From: Chloroflexota bacterium
GTDB lineage: Bacteria > Chloroflexota > Limnocylindria > Limnocylindrales > CSP1-4
Direction: 5' to 3'
NCBI GenBank assembly: GCA_045804645.1
Contig: JBJMMR010000052.1
Span: 39,405-103,404 of the forward strand
DNA: 64,000 nucleotides
Part shown: positions 8,555 through 18,251 of the stretch, piece by piece
How positions within the stretch are numbered: position 1 is the first letter of the stretch
How the letters are laid out: each line of letters begins with the position of its first letter
Notes under the pieces: model-generated
What the model was told of the DNA's origin: nothing
Seen by the model: the letters and a program-made list of their open reading frames with translations, nothing else
Database searches by the model: none
Position numbers and translations under genes: made by a program

Positions 8555-9679
8555 ATGGATCCGATGCCGATCGACTGGCAGCCGCAAGGCATCCTCCTCG
8601 CGCTCGCGGGCCTCGGCCTCGGCCTCTGGCTGCTCGCGCGCGGGCTGGCTGACTACCGCGAAGCGACGCGTATCGGCGATACGTCGACGTCGCGGATCGC
8701 GACGCTCGCCGCCGGGGAAGTCCAGGTCAGTGGCACCATCGAGCCTGCCGAGTTGACGCTGATCTCGCCGCTCCAAAGCGCGACGTGCGTGTACTACCGC
8801 TCGACGATCGATGGGGCCGACGACGGCATCGATATCCGCGCTGACCTCGCGGAGCTCGGCGCGGACTTCTTCGAGGAGCGGGCGGTGGGCTTTCGGGTGC
8901 GTGATGCGACCGGGGACATCAGGGTCTTCCCGCGCGCCGCCCGTTGGGACGCGCCGACCACCCTCGACGGCAGCACGGGCCTGATGGGCGACGAGCCGGC
9001 CGGGCTGCGGATCCGGACCGGCTCTGCGCTTGCCGCGACCGGTCTCGGGCGCGAGGCTGCGATCGCGGCGCTGCTCGCCCGTCCCGAGGTCGCCCCCGAC
9101 TTCCGGCCGCTCGTCATCCTCGGTGGTGCGTCGCACCGTGGCATCGGCGGCGGCGACCGCCGGCGGCACTACCGCGAAGCGATCCTCGCGCTCGGCGACA
9201 CGGTGACGGTCCTCGGGCGTGCGCTGCCCTTCGGCGACCTGGCCGATCCGGCGGAAGCCGACATCGCCGTCGGGTCGGAGCTCGCCGCCGACGACGCCGA
9301 AATCGCGGCCGACATCGCCGAGGCACGCGAAGCGGGGCTGCTGACAGGGACCCCGGAGGCAGCATGGGGGAACGCCGCTATCCCGGGCTTCGGCATCGGT
9401 CAGCCCGTCCGGACCCCCGTACTCGACCCGCAAGCAGTCGCCTTGCCGCTCGCGACGGCGAGGCAGGCATCGGACGCGGAGCGTCGCTTTGAGATCCCTC
9501 CAGATGCGCTCGTGCTCGCGAGCGCTCCCGAGGCGCCGCTCCTGATCGCGCACGGGATGCCGTCCGCAGCCGTCGAGCGACGCCAGGGTCGCTTTCTCGT
9601 GGGGTTGCTCGGCGCGATCCTCGCGATCGCCTCAGCCATGGCTCTCGCGCTGATCGCGTCGGGCGCGCCAGGCACGTGA
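8555..9679 (+). CDS. GIDE-domain membrane protein (N- and C-terminal TM helices)
   Basis: From the internal ATG: MDPMPIDWQPQGILLALAGLGLGLWLLARGL...TSRIATLAAGEVQVSGTIEP...SPLQSATCVYY, which resembles bacterial GIDE/E3-ligase-like domain proteins. Has a C-terminal TM. Lies directly upstream of lemA. Confidence 0.6.
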   Translation: MDPMPIDWQPQGILLALAGLGLGLWLLARGLADYREATRIGDTSTSRIATLAAGEVQVSGTIEPAELTLISPLQSATCVYYRSTIDGADDGIDIRADLAELGADFFEERAVGFRVRDATGDIRVFPRAARWDAPTTLDGSTGLMGDEPAGLRIRTGSALAATGLGREAAIAALLARPEVAPDFRPLVILGGASHRGIGGGDRRRHYREAILALGDTVTVLGRALPFGDLADPAEADIAVGSELAADDAEIAADIAEAREAGLLTGTPEAAWGNAAIPGFGIGQPVRTPVLDPQAVALPLATARQASDAERRFEIPPDALVLASAPEAPLLIAHGMPSAAVERRQGRFLVGLLGAILAIASAMALALIASGAPGT

Positions 9680-9692
9680 TCAGCGACGCCTG

Positions 9693-10259
9693 ATGACCCC
9701 GCAAAGCCTCGCAGCCGCGTTCGCGGTCGGGTTGCTGCTCGCGATCGTCCTGTACATGGCGGTCACGAGCTACAACGCGGTCATGTCGCTCCGCCAACGC
9801 ATCGACAAGGCGTGGTCGAACATCGACGTCGTGCTCAAGCAGCGCCACGACCAGCTGCCGGCGCTCGTAGCCGCCGTACGCGGCGTGATGGCATTCGAAC
9901 AGGACGTCCTTACCGAGGTCACCCGCGCCCGCGCCAACTACTCCCCCACCGAACCGATCCCTGACCAGGCTGTCCATTCGGATGAGACGACCCGCGCGGT
10001 GAGGTCGCTCTTCTCGGTCGTCGAGGCATATCCGGAGGTCAAGTCCAACGTCAACGTCCTCGACCTCCAGAAACAGATCGAGCGACTCGAATCGATGATC
10101 GCGGACCGCCGGGAGCTCTACAACGACCAGGTCTATCGGTACAACGCGCGGATAACGACGCTGCCGACGATGCTGCTCGCGCCGCTGTTCGGCTGGCAGC
10201 AACGCCCGTTCTTTGCCGCACAGCCGGAGGACCTGCAGCGACCGGCCACCGACCTGTGA
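9693..10259 (+). CDS. lemA: LemA family protein
   Basis: 188 aa with an N-terminal TM, then YNAVMSLRQRIDKAWSNIDVVLKQRHDQLP...RRELYNDQVYRYN, the typical LemA signature. Confidence 0.85.
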   Translation: MTPQSLAAAFAVGLLLAIVLYMAVTSYNAVMSLRQRIDKAWSNIDVVLKQRHDQLPALVAAVRGVMAFEQDVLTEVTRARANYSPTEPIPDQAVHSDETTRAVRSLFSVVEAYPEVKSNVNVLDLQKQIERLESMIADRRELYNDQVYRYNARITTLPTMLLAPLFGWQQRPFFAAQPEDLQRPATDL

Positions 10260-10855
10260 CCGAAGAGCCCGAGCGCCAGATCCATCTCGTCCGCCACGGT
10301 GAGACGGAATGGTCGCGCTCCGGGCAGCACACCGGTCGAACGGATCTCCCGCTGACGGAGCTCGGGCGGCGTCAGGCCGAGGCCATCGGGGAGCGGTTGC
10401 GCGCGCACCGTTGGGCGTTCGTCCTGACGAGCTCCGCGTCCCGCGCTGCCGACACGGCCCGCCTCGCCGGTTTCCCGGATGCGGAGCGCACGACGGACCT
10501 GATGGAGTGGGACTACGGCCAGTTCGAGGGCCGAACGACGGCGCAGATCCGCGAGACGCTAGCGGGTTGGTCGATCTGGAAGGGCCCGTGGCCGGACGGC
10601 GAGACACCCGAGCAGGTCGGCGATCGAGTGGATCGCGTCATCGCGCGCTGTCTCGCCCCGGACGTCACGGGCGACAGCCTGCTGTTCGCCCACGGTCACG
10701 TACTGCGTGTCCTCGCCGCGCGCTGGCTCGGGCAGTCGCCGCGGGCGGGGGCGCGATACGCCCTCAGGACCGCGACCCTCAGCGTCCTGGGCTGGGAGCA
10801 TGCGACCTCCGTGATCGAGCAGTGGAACGACGGCTGCCACCTCGACGACGCATGA
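10256..10855 (+). CDS. histidine phosphatase family protein (phosphoglycerate mutase-like)
   Basis: Has the catalytic motif LVRHGETEWS. GTGA start/stop overlap with lemA. Confidence 0.85.
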   Translation: MTEEPERQIHLVRHGETEWSRSGQHTGRTDLPLTELGRRQAEAIGERLRAHRWAFVLTSSASRAADTARLAGFPDAERTTDLMEWDYGQFEGRTTAQIRETLAGWSIWKGPWPDGETPEQVGDRVDRVIARCLAPDVTGDSLLFAHGHVLRVLAARWLGQSPRAGARYALRTATLSVLGWEHATSVIEQWNDGCHLDDA

Positions 10856-10889
10856 GTCCGCGACCGGGCGACGACTCGGCGAAGCCGCC

Positions 10890-12857
10890 CTACGACCAGC
10901 GGACCGTGGCGATACCCACCGGCGCGCTGATGCCGCGTAGCTCGACCTCCCGAAACCCCTCGTCGGTCACCCGGCCCGCCGCCGACATCGCCGCCTCCGT
11001 CGCGACGATCTCGCTGGCCGCGCCGACCGCGGCGACGCGGGCCGCCAGGTTGACCCCCACACCCGAGTAGTCGTTGCCGCGCCGGCTCGCATCGGCGGTG
11101 TGCAGGCCGATCCGTATCGCGATGGCCGCACCGCTCGTTCGTCGATGCTCGGCGAGCCGGCGCTGGATCGCCATCGCGGCATCGAGTGCTGCGCCGGCGT
11201 CATCGAATGCGACGAAGAACCCGTCGCCGGTCGAATTCACGACGTCGCCACCGGCGCGCGTCAGGATCGCGCGCAGCGTCTCGTCATGCCATCGCAGCAG
11301 CTGCTCCCATGCCTCGTCGCCGAGCAGTTCGGCGAGGGCGGTCGAGCCGACGATGTCCGTGAACAGGAACGTCTTGCGCGCGCTCGCGTGCCCCGCACGG
11401 CGTTCAGCCACGACGGCCGCGGCAGCGTCGGCCTGGGCAACGTCGAGACGTGCCCCGAGCCGCTCGAACTCCGAGCGCGCTGACGCGTACTCGAGATCCG
11501 CGCCGTCTGTGTCGCCGACCATCTCGAGTGCCGAAGCGAGGACAAGGCGGTCGCGAGCGATCTCATACGGGGCACCGACACCGCGCCAGGCGGCGATCGC
11601 CGCTCGGAGCTCGCGCACCGCCGCCGCCGGCTCACCGTCCGCCAGAGCCACGCGGCCGGCGGCATCGTGTGCGCGAGCCGCGGCTGCCGGTGTGTCGTGC
11701 GTCGCGAGCGTGCGGCTCAGCTCCTCGGCGGCGTTCCGTGCCACAGGCACGTGGCCCACCGCGATCGCGATGTCGACCTGCGCGGGAAGCAGCCGAGCTC
11801 TCGCCCAGACATCGGGCGTTTCCGCGACTTCACGGTCGATCGCGATGGCAGCGCCGCGCGCATCGCCGCGGGCGAGACGGATCAGGGCCAGCGCGGGCTG
11901 CGGCGAATGGCCATTGGCGTGTGCTTCACGGAGCGCGGCTTCGGCGCGGTCGAGGTCGCCCATCCGAAGCCGGATCTCGCCGATCGCGTAGAACCCGTCG
12001 GAAAGCGGTGGGACGGCCCGATAACGCGCCAGCTCCTGCGTCGCTCGTTCCAGCTCTTGAGCGGCTCGGGGCCAGTCACCTCCGAGGGCCACGATCTCGG
12101 CGCGGTGGACGCGGCAGACGCCCGGGAAACCCGAGACCGCGCTGCGTTCACACCAGCGCTCGGTCGCCTCGGTCCATTCGCTTGCACGCTCGTAGTCGTT
12201 GAGGTCGCGGCACGCGGAGATCATCGAGCAGTACGTGACGCCGGTCAGATACGGCGTCAGCTCGTCGTTCACCGCGGCCGCCGTCGCCTCCTCCATGAGC
12301 GCGAGGCCCCCGGCGGTGTCCCCTGCCCCGATCTTCAGGCCGCCGAGCGAAAGCAGCGCGATCGCCTGGAGGTTCGGATCCGTCGAGCTCGACGCGATGC
12401 GGACGGCGTCCTCCGCGAGCGCGAGCGCCTCGTCGAGCCGTCCCTGAGCCCGCGCCGCACCGCTCATCGCGAGTGCCAGGTACCCGTGAGCGTATGTGCC
12501 TGACGTTCCCTCGAGCAGCCGCGCGGCTCGTCGGGTCCAGCCGGACGCGATCGAGCTCCGGCCCTGGAACGCCAGATCGATCGCAAGCCCGAGCGCGATG
12601 GCCGCGGCTCGTATCGGGTCCCCTGCCGCGAGATGCGAGGTGAACGCTCGCTCGAGCGCGCGTTCGCGCACGTCGATGTTCGCGGTGAAGAAGGCCGCGT
12701 CGGACAGCGACTCGAGATCGGCGCCCTCGAGTGGGCGCTCGGCGTCGGCTGCCACGAAGGCGTCGAAGGCTTGCTGCCACATGTGGTTCGCGATGGCCTG
12801 CCGCGCCGCGGCGAGCCGCTCAGGGACCGCGGGGTCGGACGGAGCCGAGGTCGCCAT
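10890..12857 (-). CDS. class III adenylate/guanylate cyclase with N-terminal TPR-like helical repeat region
   Basis: The C-terminal cyclase domain reads FLFTDIVGSTALAELLGDEAW...STGDGFFVAFDD...IRIGLHTA...GVGVNLAARV. Start set at ATG (MATSAPS), which overlaps the upstream stop as ATGA. Confidence 0.85.
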   Translation of the reverse strand: MATSAPSDPAVPERLAAARQAIANHMWQQAFDAFVAADAERPLEGADLESLSDAAFFTANIDVRERALERAFTSHLAAGDPIRAAAIALGLAIDLAFQGRSSIASGWTRRAARLLEGTSGTYAHGYLALAMSGAARAQGRLDEALALAEDAVRIASSSTDPNLQAIALLSLGGLKIGAGDTAGGLALMEEATAAAVNDELTPYLTGVTYCSMISACRDLNDYERASEWTEATERWCERSAVSGFPGVCRVHRAEIVALGGDWPRAAQELERATQELARYRAVPPLSDGFYAIGEIRLRMGDLDRAEAALREAHANGHSPQPALALIRLARGDARGAAIAIDREVAETPDVWARARLLPAQVDIAIAVGHVPVARNAAEELSRTLATHDTPAAAARAHDAAGRVALADGEPAAAVRELRAAIAAWRGVGAPYEIARDRLVLASALEMVGDTDGADLEYASARSEFERLGARLDVAQADAAAAVVAERRAGHASARKTFLFTDIVGSTALAELLGDEAWEQLLRWHDETLRAILTRAGGDVVNSTGDGFFVAFDDAGAALDAAMAIQRRLAEHRRTSGAAIAIRIGLHTADASRRGNDYSGVGVNLAARVAAVGAASEIVATEAAMSAAGRVTDEGFREVELRGISAPVGIATVRWS

Positions 12858-13237
12858 CAGTCGCCCGTCGCGAGATCGGCGACGCGGGCTCGGATCAGCT
12901 CGTCGAGCAGATCGGACGATAGTGGCTTTGCCGGCGTGAAGTGGATGCTGCCCTTCGTGCGCCCAAAGCCCTCGATGTCGGCCGAGTGCGCGGCCAGGAA
13001 CGAGTCGGTCAATGGGTACACGCTGCAATGCCGCTTCCAACCCGCGTACGACACGAGGAACCGACCGTCGAGCCTGAAGGCCGGCATGTCGTAGCTGATG
13101 GTCTCCTCCGCGTCGGGCACCAGCTCCCGGATCCGACCGCGCACGCCCTCGAGGAGCTGCCGCTGCTCGACGGGGAGCGCTGCGAGGTAGGCGTCGACCC
13201 TCGGATCACGCGCTTGCATCGACCCGATGATACGCAT
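12857..13237 (-). CDS. DUF1801 (YdhG-like) domain protein
   Basis: Reads DAYLAALPVEQRQLLEGVRGRIRELVPDAEETISYDMPAF..., the typical DUF1801 pattern. Confidence 0.7.
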   Translation of the reverse strand: MRIIGSMQARDPRVDAYLAALPVEQRQLLEGVRGRIRELVPDAEETISYDMPAFRLDGRFLVSYAGWKRHCSVYPLTDSFLAAHSADIEGFGRTKGSIHFTPAKPLSSDLLDELIRARVADLATGD

Positions 13238-13274
13238 CGGCTAGGGTGGACTCGCAGCACCGAAGGAGAAGGAC

Positions 13275-13649
13275 ATGCAGTTCAACGGCATCCTGATCGG
13301 CTCGGACGACCCGGCCCGCCTCATCGCGTACTACACGAAGGTCCTCGGCGAACCCGGCTACACGGACAGCAGCTTCTCGACGTGGATGCTCGGCTCGGGC
13401 ACGGTGTCCATCGGCCCGCACAGCGAGGTCCACGGCCAGAACCCCCAGCCCGGCCGGCTGATCTGGAACATCGAGACCACCGACGTCCAGGGCGAGTTCG
13501 ATCGGATGAAGGACGCGGGAGCGATCGTCGTCCGAGAGCCCTACTCGTTCGAGGGCTTCCCGGATTCGTGGATCGCGACGCTCGCCGACCCCGACGACAA
13601 CTACTTCCAGCTGATGACGCCGTTCGATCCGGACTCGATGGGGAGCTGA
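13275..13649 (+). CDS. VOC (glyoxalase/bleomycin-resistance fold) family protein
   Basis: 124 aa; pattern ...YYTKVLG...W.L....V.IGPH...NIET.DV...F.R....GA.VV.EP...DPDDNYFQL. Confidence 0.65.
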   Translation: MQFNGILIGSDDPARLIAYYTKVLGEPGYTDSSFSTWMLGSGTVSIGPHSEVHGQNPQPGRLIWNIETTDVQGEFDRMKDAGAIVVREPYSFEGFPDSWIATLADPDDNYFQLMTPFDPDSMGS

Positions 13650-13662
13650 CCGAGCCCTTGCG

Positions 13663-14166
13663 CTAGCGGGCTGCTCCGCCCCGACGCCGCCCGACGAGCT
13701 CGTCGACCCATTCGCCGAGGCGGGGTAAGTGCTCGTCGTAGTGATGGGCCGCACCCTTGCGGATCCACCACGCCGCCTCCTCGCTCGGTGCCTCGAGCGA
13801 GAACCATTCCTCGAGCATCCTGGTCCGGGCGGCGTTCGCCTGGACCCACGCGACGTCCCACGGCTGGCCCGCCATCGCGTCAAGGAAGGCCGCGTTCAAC
13901 GCATCGATGTCGATGTCGTGGCCTTCGTAGGTGCCAGCGGACATCCTGGCGAACTGGATCTGGGTCTCGGCGAGCCAGGTCCCAAGGTGCGCGACGACGT
14001 CACGGACGGTCCAGTCCGGGTCGCGGTAGTACCCAGGCTCGATGCACTCCTCAGGGGTCAACGGGCGCACGAGCGCGACGAGCTGATACCAGCCCCGCCG
14101 CTCGTCGTCGATGTCGGCGGCGTACGGGTGCCCGACGGGTGCCGGCGCCGTCTGCTGCTCGCTCAT
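13663..14166 (-). CDS. DinB/YfiT-like four-helix-bundle protein
   Basis: Contains WTVRDVVAHLGTWLAE and a C-terminal HHYDEHL motif. Start set at the internal ATG (MSEQQT), 8 nt after the upstream stop. Confidence 0.55.
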   Translation of the reverse strand: MSEQQTAPAPVGHPYAADIDDERRGWYQLVALVRPLTPEECIEPGYYRDPDWTVRDVVAHLGTWLAETQIQFARMSAGTYEGHDIDIDALNAAFLDAMAGQPWDVAWVQANAARTRMLEEWFSLEAPSEEAAWWIRKGAAHHYDEHLPRLGEWVDELVGRRRGGAAR

Positions 14167-14173
14167 CGGATGG

Positions 14174-14527
14174 TCAATGGAGATGCTGCATCCAGTCGCG
14201 GGGGACACGTCCCGCGGGCCCCGGCACGGGTTGGTCGGTGGGGTGATGCGTCGGAGGGATCAGCTCAGGCCCGAGGAACGATTCGTCGGTAGCGTAGTCG
14301 TAGAACCACTCCTCACCGGGCTCGTAGCTCGCGATGACCGTGTGGTCGGTCGTGCTCGCGTGCGCCTTGGCGTGCTGCGACGGCGACGAGTCGCAGCAGC
14401 CGATGTGACCGCACGTCGCGCACCGTCGAAGGTGGAACCACCAGCCTTCTGTCGCGGTGCACTCGGCGCAGCCGTCGCCGCTCGGAGGGGCGGTGGGATC
14501 GATCGGCGGGCCCTCGGGTACGGTCAT
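14174..14527 (-). CDS. UBP-type zinc-finger domain protein
   Basis: Reads CAEC...WWFHLRRCATCGHIGCCDSSPSQHAKAH...DH, the typical Znf-UBP pattern. Confidence 0.75.
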   Translation of the reverse strand: MTVPEGPPIDPTAPPSGDGCAECTATEGWWFHLRRCATCGHIGCCDSSPSQHAKAHASTTDHTVIASYEPGEEWFYDYATDESFLGPELIPPTHHPTDQPVPGPAGRVPRDWMQHLH

Positions 14528-14769
14528 TGCCGGTAGTTCTCCACGATCTCCGCCGGGCGGGCCTCAGCCTCGTCCGGATCCTGCCCGAATTCACGCCGAG
14601 CCTGACGCTGACGAAGCAGGTCATAGCACTGGTCGAGCTCGACGCCGATCACCTTGAGGCGCTGCTGGTCGTCGGTCGTCAGCCCGCCTCCCTCGCTCGC
14701 GTGCAGCCAGAGCTGCTCTTCCTCGTGGGCGAGCTCGTTGATCCGGTCGATGATGGGTCCGTCAGCCAT
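14524..14769 (-). CDS. DUF2630 family protein
   Basis: 81 aa; IIDRINELAHEEEQLW...LKVIGVELDQCYDLLRQRQARREFGQDPDEA matches my recollection of DUF2630. Confidence 0.65.
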   Translation of the reverse strand: MADGPIIDRINELAHEEEQLWLHASEGGGLTTDDQQRLKVIGVELDQCYDLLRQRQARREFGQDPDEAEARPAEIVENYRQ

Positions 14770-14848
14770 GAGCGTTCTCCTTGACGGAACGATACGCCGC
14801 CGGGCGAACGTCAGCAGGCGCGGCCGGCGGCGGGCCCGATGACGCGAC

Positions 14849-16147
14849 CTAGCACGGCAGCAATCCGGCGTCTTCCTTCGCCTCGAGGACGCGCAGTGCC
14901 GCAGCGTCGACGCGAGTGCGGAAGTCCGGCCTCGACGCTGCCCGCGCCTCGACCGCCTTTGCCATCGTCACCGCCATGTCCACGGGGCGAACGACCACCA
15001 GGTCGCCGCCGTCCTGCAGGAAGCGGATCGCTCGCGAGCCCACCGGGATCGAGGAGACTGCCTCCGCTGAGAGGCTGTCGGACATCACGAGCCCGTGGAA
15101 GCCGAGCTTGTCCTCGAGGATCCCGTTGATGATCGAGGACGAGAAAGCCGCGAGTCGGTCGGGGTCCAGCCGCTCGTAGGTCGCCAGCGACAGCATCACG
15201 GCCGGGACACCGGCCTGGACCGCCCGGTGGAAGGGCTCGAGGAACGCGTCGTCAGCCGTCGTGACGTCGTCGACGACACCGCTGCTGAAGTCGGTGTTCT
15301 CGGCGACTCGCCCGAGCCCGGGAAAATGCTTCGCGGTCGTGACGATGCCTGCGCTGTGCATCCCCGCGATGAACGCCGCAACGTGGTCGGCGACGGTCTT
15401 CGGGGTCGAACCGTACTCGCGCTCGAGCTGGCCGATCGGTGCGTTCTCCGCCGCCGTGCCCGGCGGGACGACATCGGCCACCGGCGCGAAGTCGAGATTG
15501 ACGCCCGCCGACGCTAGTTGCTTGCCCCACTGTTCTGCCCGCTGCCGAAGCGTCGCAGTCGCCCACGTGCCCTGCGTCACCGCCGATGGCATCCGCGCGA
15601 ACCCGGGACCACGCAGCGCCTGGATCTGTCCGCCTTCCTGGTTGGCTGCGACGAAGGCGGCGATGCCGTGCGTCGACGTGTCCGTGGAAGCGGCTTGGAC
15701 CGCATCAGCGACCTTCCGGATCCCGGCGGCTCCGACGGTCGTCGTCCGCGTGAACCACCACGTTCCGAAGCCGTTCTCGGCGAGCGCCGAGCGCGCGCCG
15801 GCATCGAAGACGTCATTCGCGAGTCCGACTGCGAAGACCTGACCGACCCGCTGGGTCTCGGTCAACGACGCGAGGACGCGCGCCGAGCACGACCTCGCCG
15901 TCGATGGAGCGGGCGTCTCGCTCGGCGGTCCGGCCGTCGGCCTCGATGGCGTCGACGTCGCCCCAACGGATGCGCTCGCGCTCTGGGTTGCGCTCTGGGT
16001 CGCGCTCGAACTCGCGGTCGACACCGGGATCGGCCCAGTCGCCTGTGGACTGCTCGTCGGAGTCGATGTCCCGCACGCGGCAAGCAGGATCGGCAGGAGG
16101 ACGACAGCCAAGTGATGGCGCCGTCCGAGGCGGTCGTGTCCGTTCAC
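14849..16147 (-). CDS. glycoside hydrolase family 3 N-terminal domain lipoprotein (NagZ-like beta-N-acetylhexosaminidase)
   Basis: Has the KHFPGLGRV motif and the lipobox LLAAC. Start set at the GTG (VNGHDRLGRRHH...) that gives a normal lipoprotein signal and avoids overlap with the upstream gene. Confidence 0.8.
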   Translation of the reverse strand: MNGHDRLGRRHHLAVVLLPILLAACGTSTPTSSPQATGPIPVSTASSSATQSATQSASASVGATSTPSRPTAGPPSETPAPSTARSCSARVLASLTETQRVGQVFAVGLANDVFDAGARSALAENGFGTWWFTRTTTVGAAGIRKVADAVQAASTDTSTHGIAAFVAANQEGGQIQALRGPGFARMPSAVTQGTWATATLRQRAEQWGKQLASAGVNLDFAPVADVVPPGTAAENAPIGQLEREYGSTPKTVADHVAAFIAGMHSAGIVTTAKHFPGLGRVAENTDFSSGVVDDVTTADDAFLEPFHRAVQAGVPAVMLSLATYERLDPDRLAAFSSSIINGILEDKLGFHGLVMSDSLSAEAVSSIPVGSRAIRFLQDGGDLVVVRPVDMAVTMAKAVEARAASRPDFRTRVDAAALRVLEAKEDAGLLPC

Positions 16148-16199
16148 GCTCGGGTAGACGTCAGGGACTTCTGGTGTGCGCCGCGAGGTGGGGGCGCGA

Positions 16200-16523
16200 T
16201 CAGGCGATCTCTCGATCCGAGCGCCGGAATACGAGGTAGTCGGCACCCCTCGCATCGACGTACGTCCGATCCGCGGTCTCGACGATGCGGAGCACGACCT
16301 CGTCGCACGCCGGACACCGGAGCACGGCCCCCGGCCCGCCCATGAACAGACGCATCGCCCCGACCATATGCACGGTGCCGCAGTGCGCGCAGCGGCCAGG
16401 TACGGCGGTCATATCCCGACCGAATAGCGATTCGAGCGACCCGGCGAGGGCGTTTCCGTCGAGCTCACGCTCGATCGCGGGGTCATCGCTGTGGTCCAGC
16501 ATCCTGGTCTCCTCGGTCGTCAT
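16200..16523 (-). CDS. DUF6510-like small Cys-pair protein
   Basis: 107 aa with LDGNALAG...CAHCG...LRCPACDEVVLRIV. Translationally coupled to the ferredoxin reductase gene (4-nt overlap). Confidence 0.55.
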   Translation of the reverse strand: MTTEETRMLDHSDDPAIERELDGNALAGSLESLFGRDMTAVPGRCAHCGTVHMVGAMRLFMGGPGAVLRCPACDEVVLRIVETADRTYVDARGADYLVFRRSDREIA

Positions 16524-17260
16524 GTCCCTGTGGGTCCGAATCGCTCCGTCCGCACGCGGTCCGGCGGCACCCCTAGCCGGACCAGGGCGTTCGCGGCGAC
16601 CTCGACGAGCGCCGTCGGTCCGCAGATGTAGACGCGCGCCCCGACGCCGAGCGGCTCGAGCACTTCGCCAAGCATCCGCTGGTCGATGCGGCGGTCGTAG
16701 CCGCTCCAGCCTGACGGCCGGGAGCGGGTCAGCGTGTGGATCACTTCGAATCCGTCCTCGGCCGAAGCCAGTTCGTCGAGCTCGTCTCGGAAGATGATCT
16801 CGTCCGCATGGCGCGAGCTGAAGAGGAGCCGCGTCGGCACTTCCAAGCCCGCTCGGTGGCGATGGCGGATCATCGCCATCAACGGCACGACACCAGACCC
16901 GCCCGCGACCAACAGCAACGGCCCACCGAGCGCCGCCTGCCAGACGAAGTAGCCGCCGATCGGGCCCCGCACCTCGAATCGGTCGCCCACGACGACGACC
17001 TCGTGCAGGAAGGGCGATACCTCGCCCCCGGGGATCTGCTCGACGGTGATGTCGACCTCGCCCTCGCGCTCGGGCTCTGAGGCGATCGAGTAGCTACGCT
17101 CGACGCTGTAGCCGTCCTCCGCCGTTAGCCGAACATCGACGTGTTGCCCGGGTCGATGACCGGGCCAGCCAGGCAGCCCGAGCGTGAACGAGCGGACACT
17201 CGGCGTCTCGTCACGGATCGCGACGACCGTCGCGAGCTGCCATGCGATCGGGTTCGCCAT
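16520..17260 (-). CDS. ferredoxin-NADP reductase-like FAD/NAD(P)-binding oxidoreductase
   Basis: Contains RSYSIAS (RxYS FAD motif) and GGSGVVPLMAM (NAD-binding). Start set at the internal ATG (MANPIAW). Confidence 0.8.
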   Translation of the reverse strand: MANPIAWQLATVVAIRDETPSVRSFTLGLPGWPGHRPGQHVDVRLTAEDGYSVERSYSIASEPEREGEVDITVEQIPGGEVSPFLHEVVVVGDRFEVRGPIGGYFVWQAALGGPLLLVAGGSGVVPLMAMIRHRHRAGLEVPTRLLFSSRHADEIIFRDELDELASAEDGFEVIHTLTRSRPSGWSGYDRRIDQRMLGEVLEPLGVGARVYICGPTALVEVAANALVRLGVPPDRVRTERFGPTGT

Positions 17261-17294
17261 CCTGCTGTCAGTCGCCGCTATAGCGCTCTTCGAG

Positions 17295-17894
17295 TCACTG
17301 GTCGCCGCGGTTGTGATAGCCGAGCGACTCCCAGAACCCCGGCTGATCGCGCTCCTGGACCCGGAAGCCACGCACCCACTTGGCGCTCTTCCAGAAGTAC
17401 CGCCCCGGAACGACGAGCCGCGCGGGGCCGCCGTGCTCCGGCGCCAGCGGCTTGCCGTCGTACTCCCACGCGACGAAGGCCTGGCCGTTCAGCACGTCGC
17501 CGAGCGGAAGGTTCGTCGTGTAGCCGCCATCGGAATAGGCGATCACGAACGCCGCCTTGTCCTCGAGGTCGACGTTCTCGAGGAGCGTGTCGACGCTCAC
17601 GCCGCGCCAACGCATATCGAGCTTCGTCCACTTGGTCACGCAGCTGATGTCGACGACCCATTCGCGGTTCTCCAGCGCCATCAGCTCCGGCCAAGTCCAG
17701 GTCATCGGCGCCCGAACGAGTCCCTCGATCGTGAAGGACCAGCTGTCGAGCGATGTACGAGGGGTGGGTCCGGCCGACAGGACCGGGAAGTCCGTCGTCA
17801 GGTACTGCCCCGGCGGGACCCGGTCGCGAGTGTCGCCTGCGCCGGGCTGGTTCGGCCGACCGACGAAACCGCGGGTTACGAAACGTTCGGTCAC
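17295..17894 (-). CDS. sulfite-oxidase-like molybdopterin-dependent oxidoreductase
   Basis: 199 aa; PPGQYLTTDFPVLSAGPTP...ISCVTKWTKLDMRWRGV is typical of the short SUOX-fold family. Confidence 0.8.
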   Translation of the reverse strand: MTERFVTRGFVGRPNQPGAGDTRDRVPPGQYLTTDFPVLSAGPTPRTSLDSWSFTIEGLVRAPMTWTWPELMALENREWVVDISCVTKWTKLDMRWRGVSVDTLLENVDLEDKAAFVIAYSDGGYTTNLPLGDVLNGQAFVAWEYDGKPLAPEHGGPARLVVPGRYFWKSAKWVRGFRVQERDQPGFWESLGYHNRGDQ

Positions 17895-17987
17895 GGCTCC
17901 TCCACGATCGATCGAGTCTAGTCCTCAGCCCGGCCTGAGGCGCGACGTACGGCTGCTAGGACCGTTCGCATCCTGCAGGACGGCCTG

Positions 17988-18251
17988 TCACGACTCCGTC
18001 TGGTCGGCGGCCGTTCGAGGTTCCTCGCCCTGTTCGTCGGACACGTCCTCATCGGCCGCCGGGTCACGAGACCCTGGAACGCTTCCGTCCTCGTCGATAG
18101 CACCGCGCTGATGCGGTCGAGCGTCTATCCGGTCCCGGCGGTAGCGCTCGACCTCGCCGGGGGCGGCGTCGTTCTCCTGCCAACGCGGCGAGGTACCGTC
18201 GAAGCTCGGTGGACGTTCGCTCGACGGATCGTCCAGGCGATCGTCGCTCAT
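17988..18251 (-). CDS. acidic hypothetical protein
   Basis: 87 aa from the internal ATG (MSDDRLDD...). D/E-rich and probably disordered. Confidence 0.4.
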   Translation of the reverse strand: MSDDRLDDPSSERPPSFDGTSPRWQENDAAPGEVERYRRDRIDARPHQRGAIDEDGSVPGSRDPAADEDVSDEQGEEPRTAADQTES

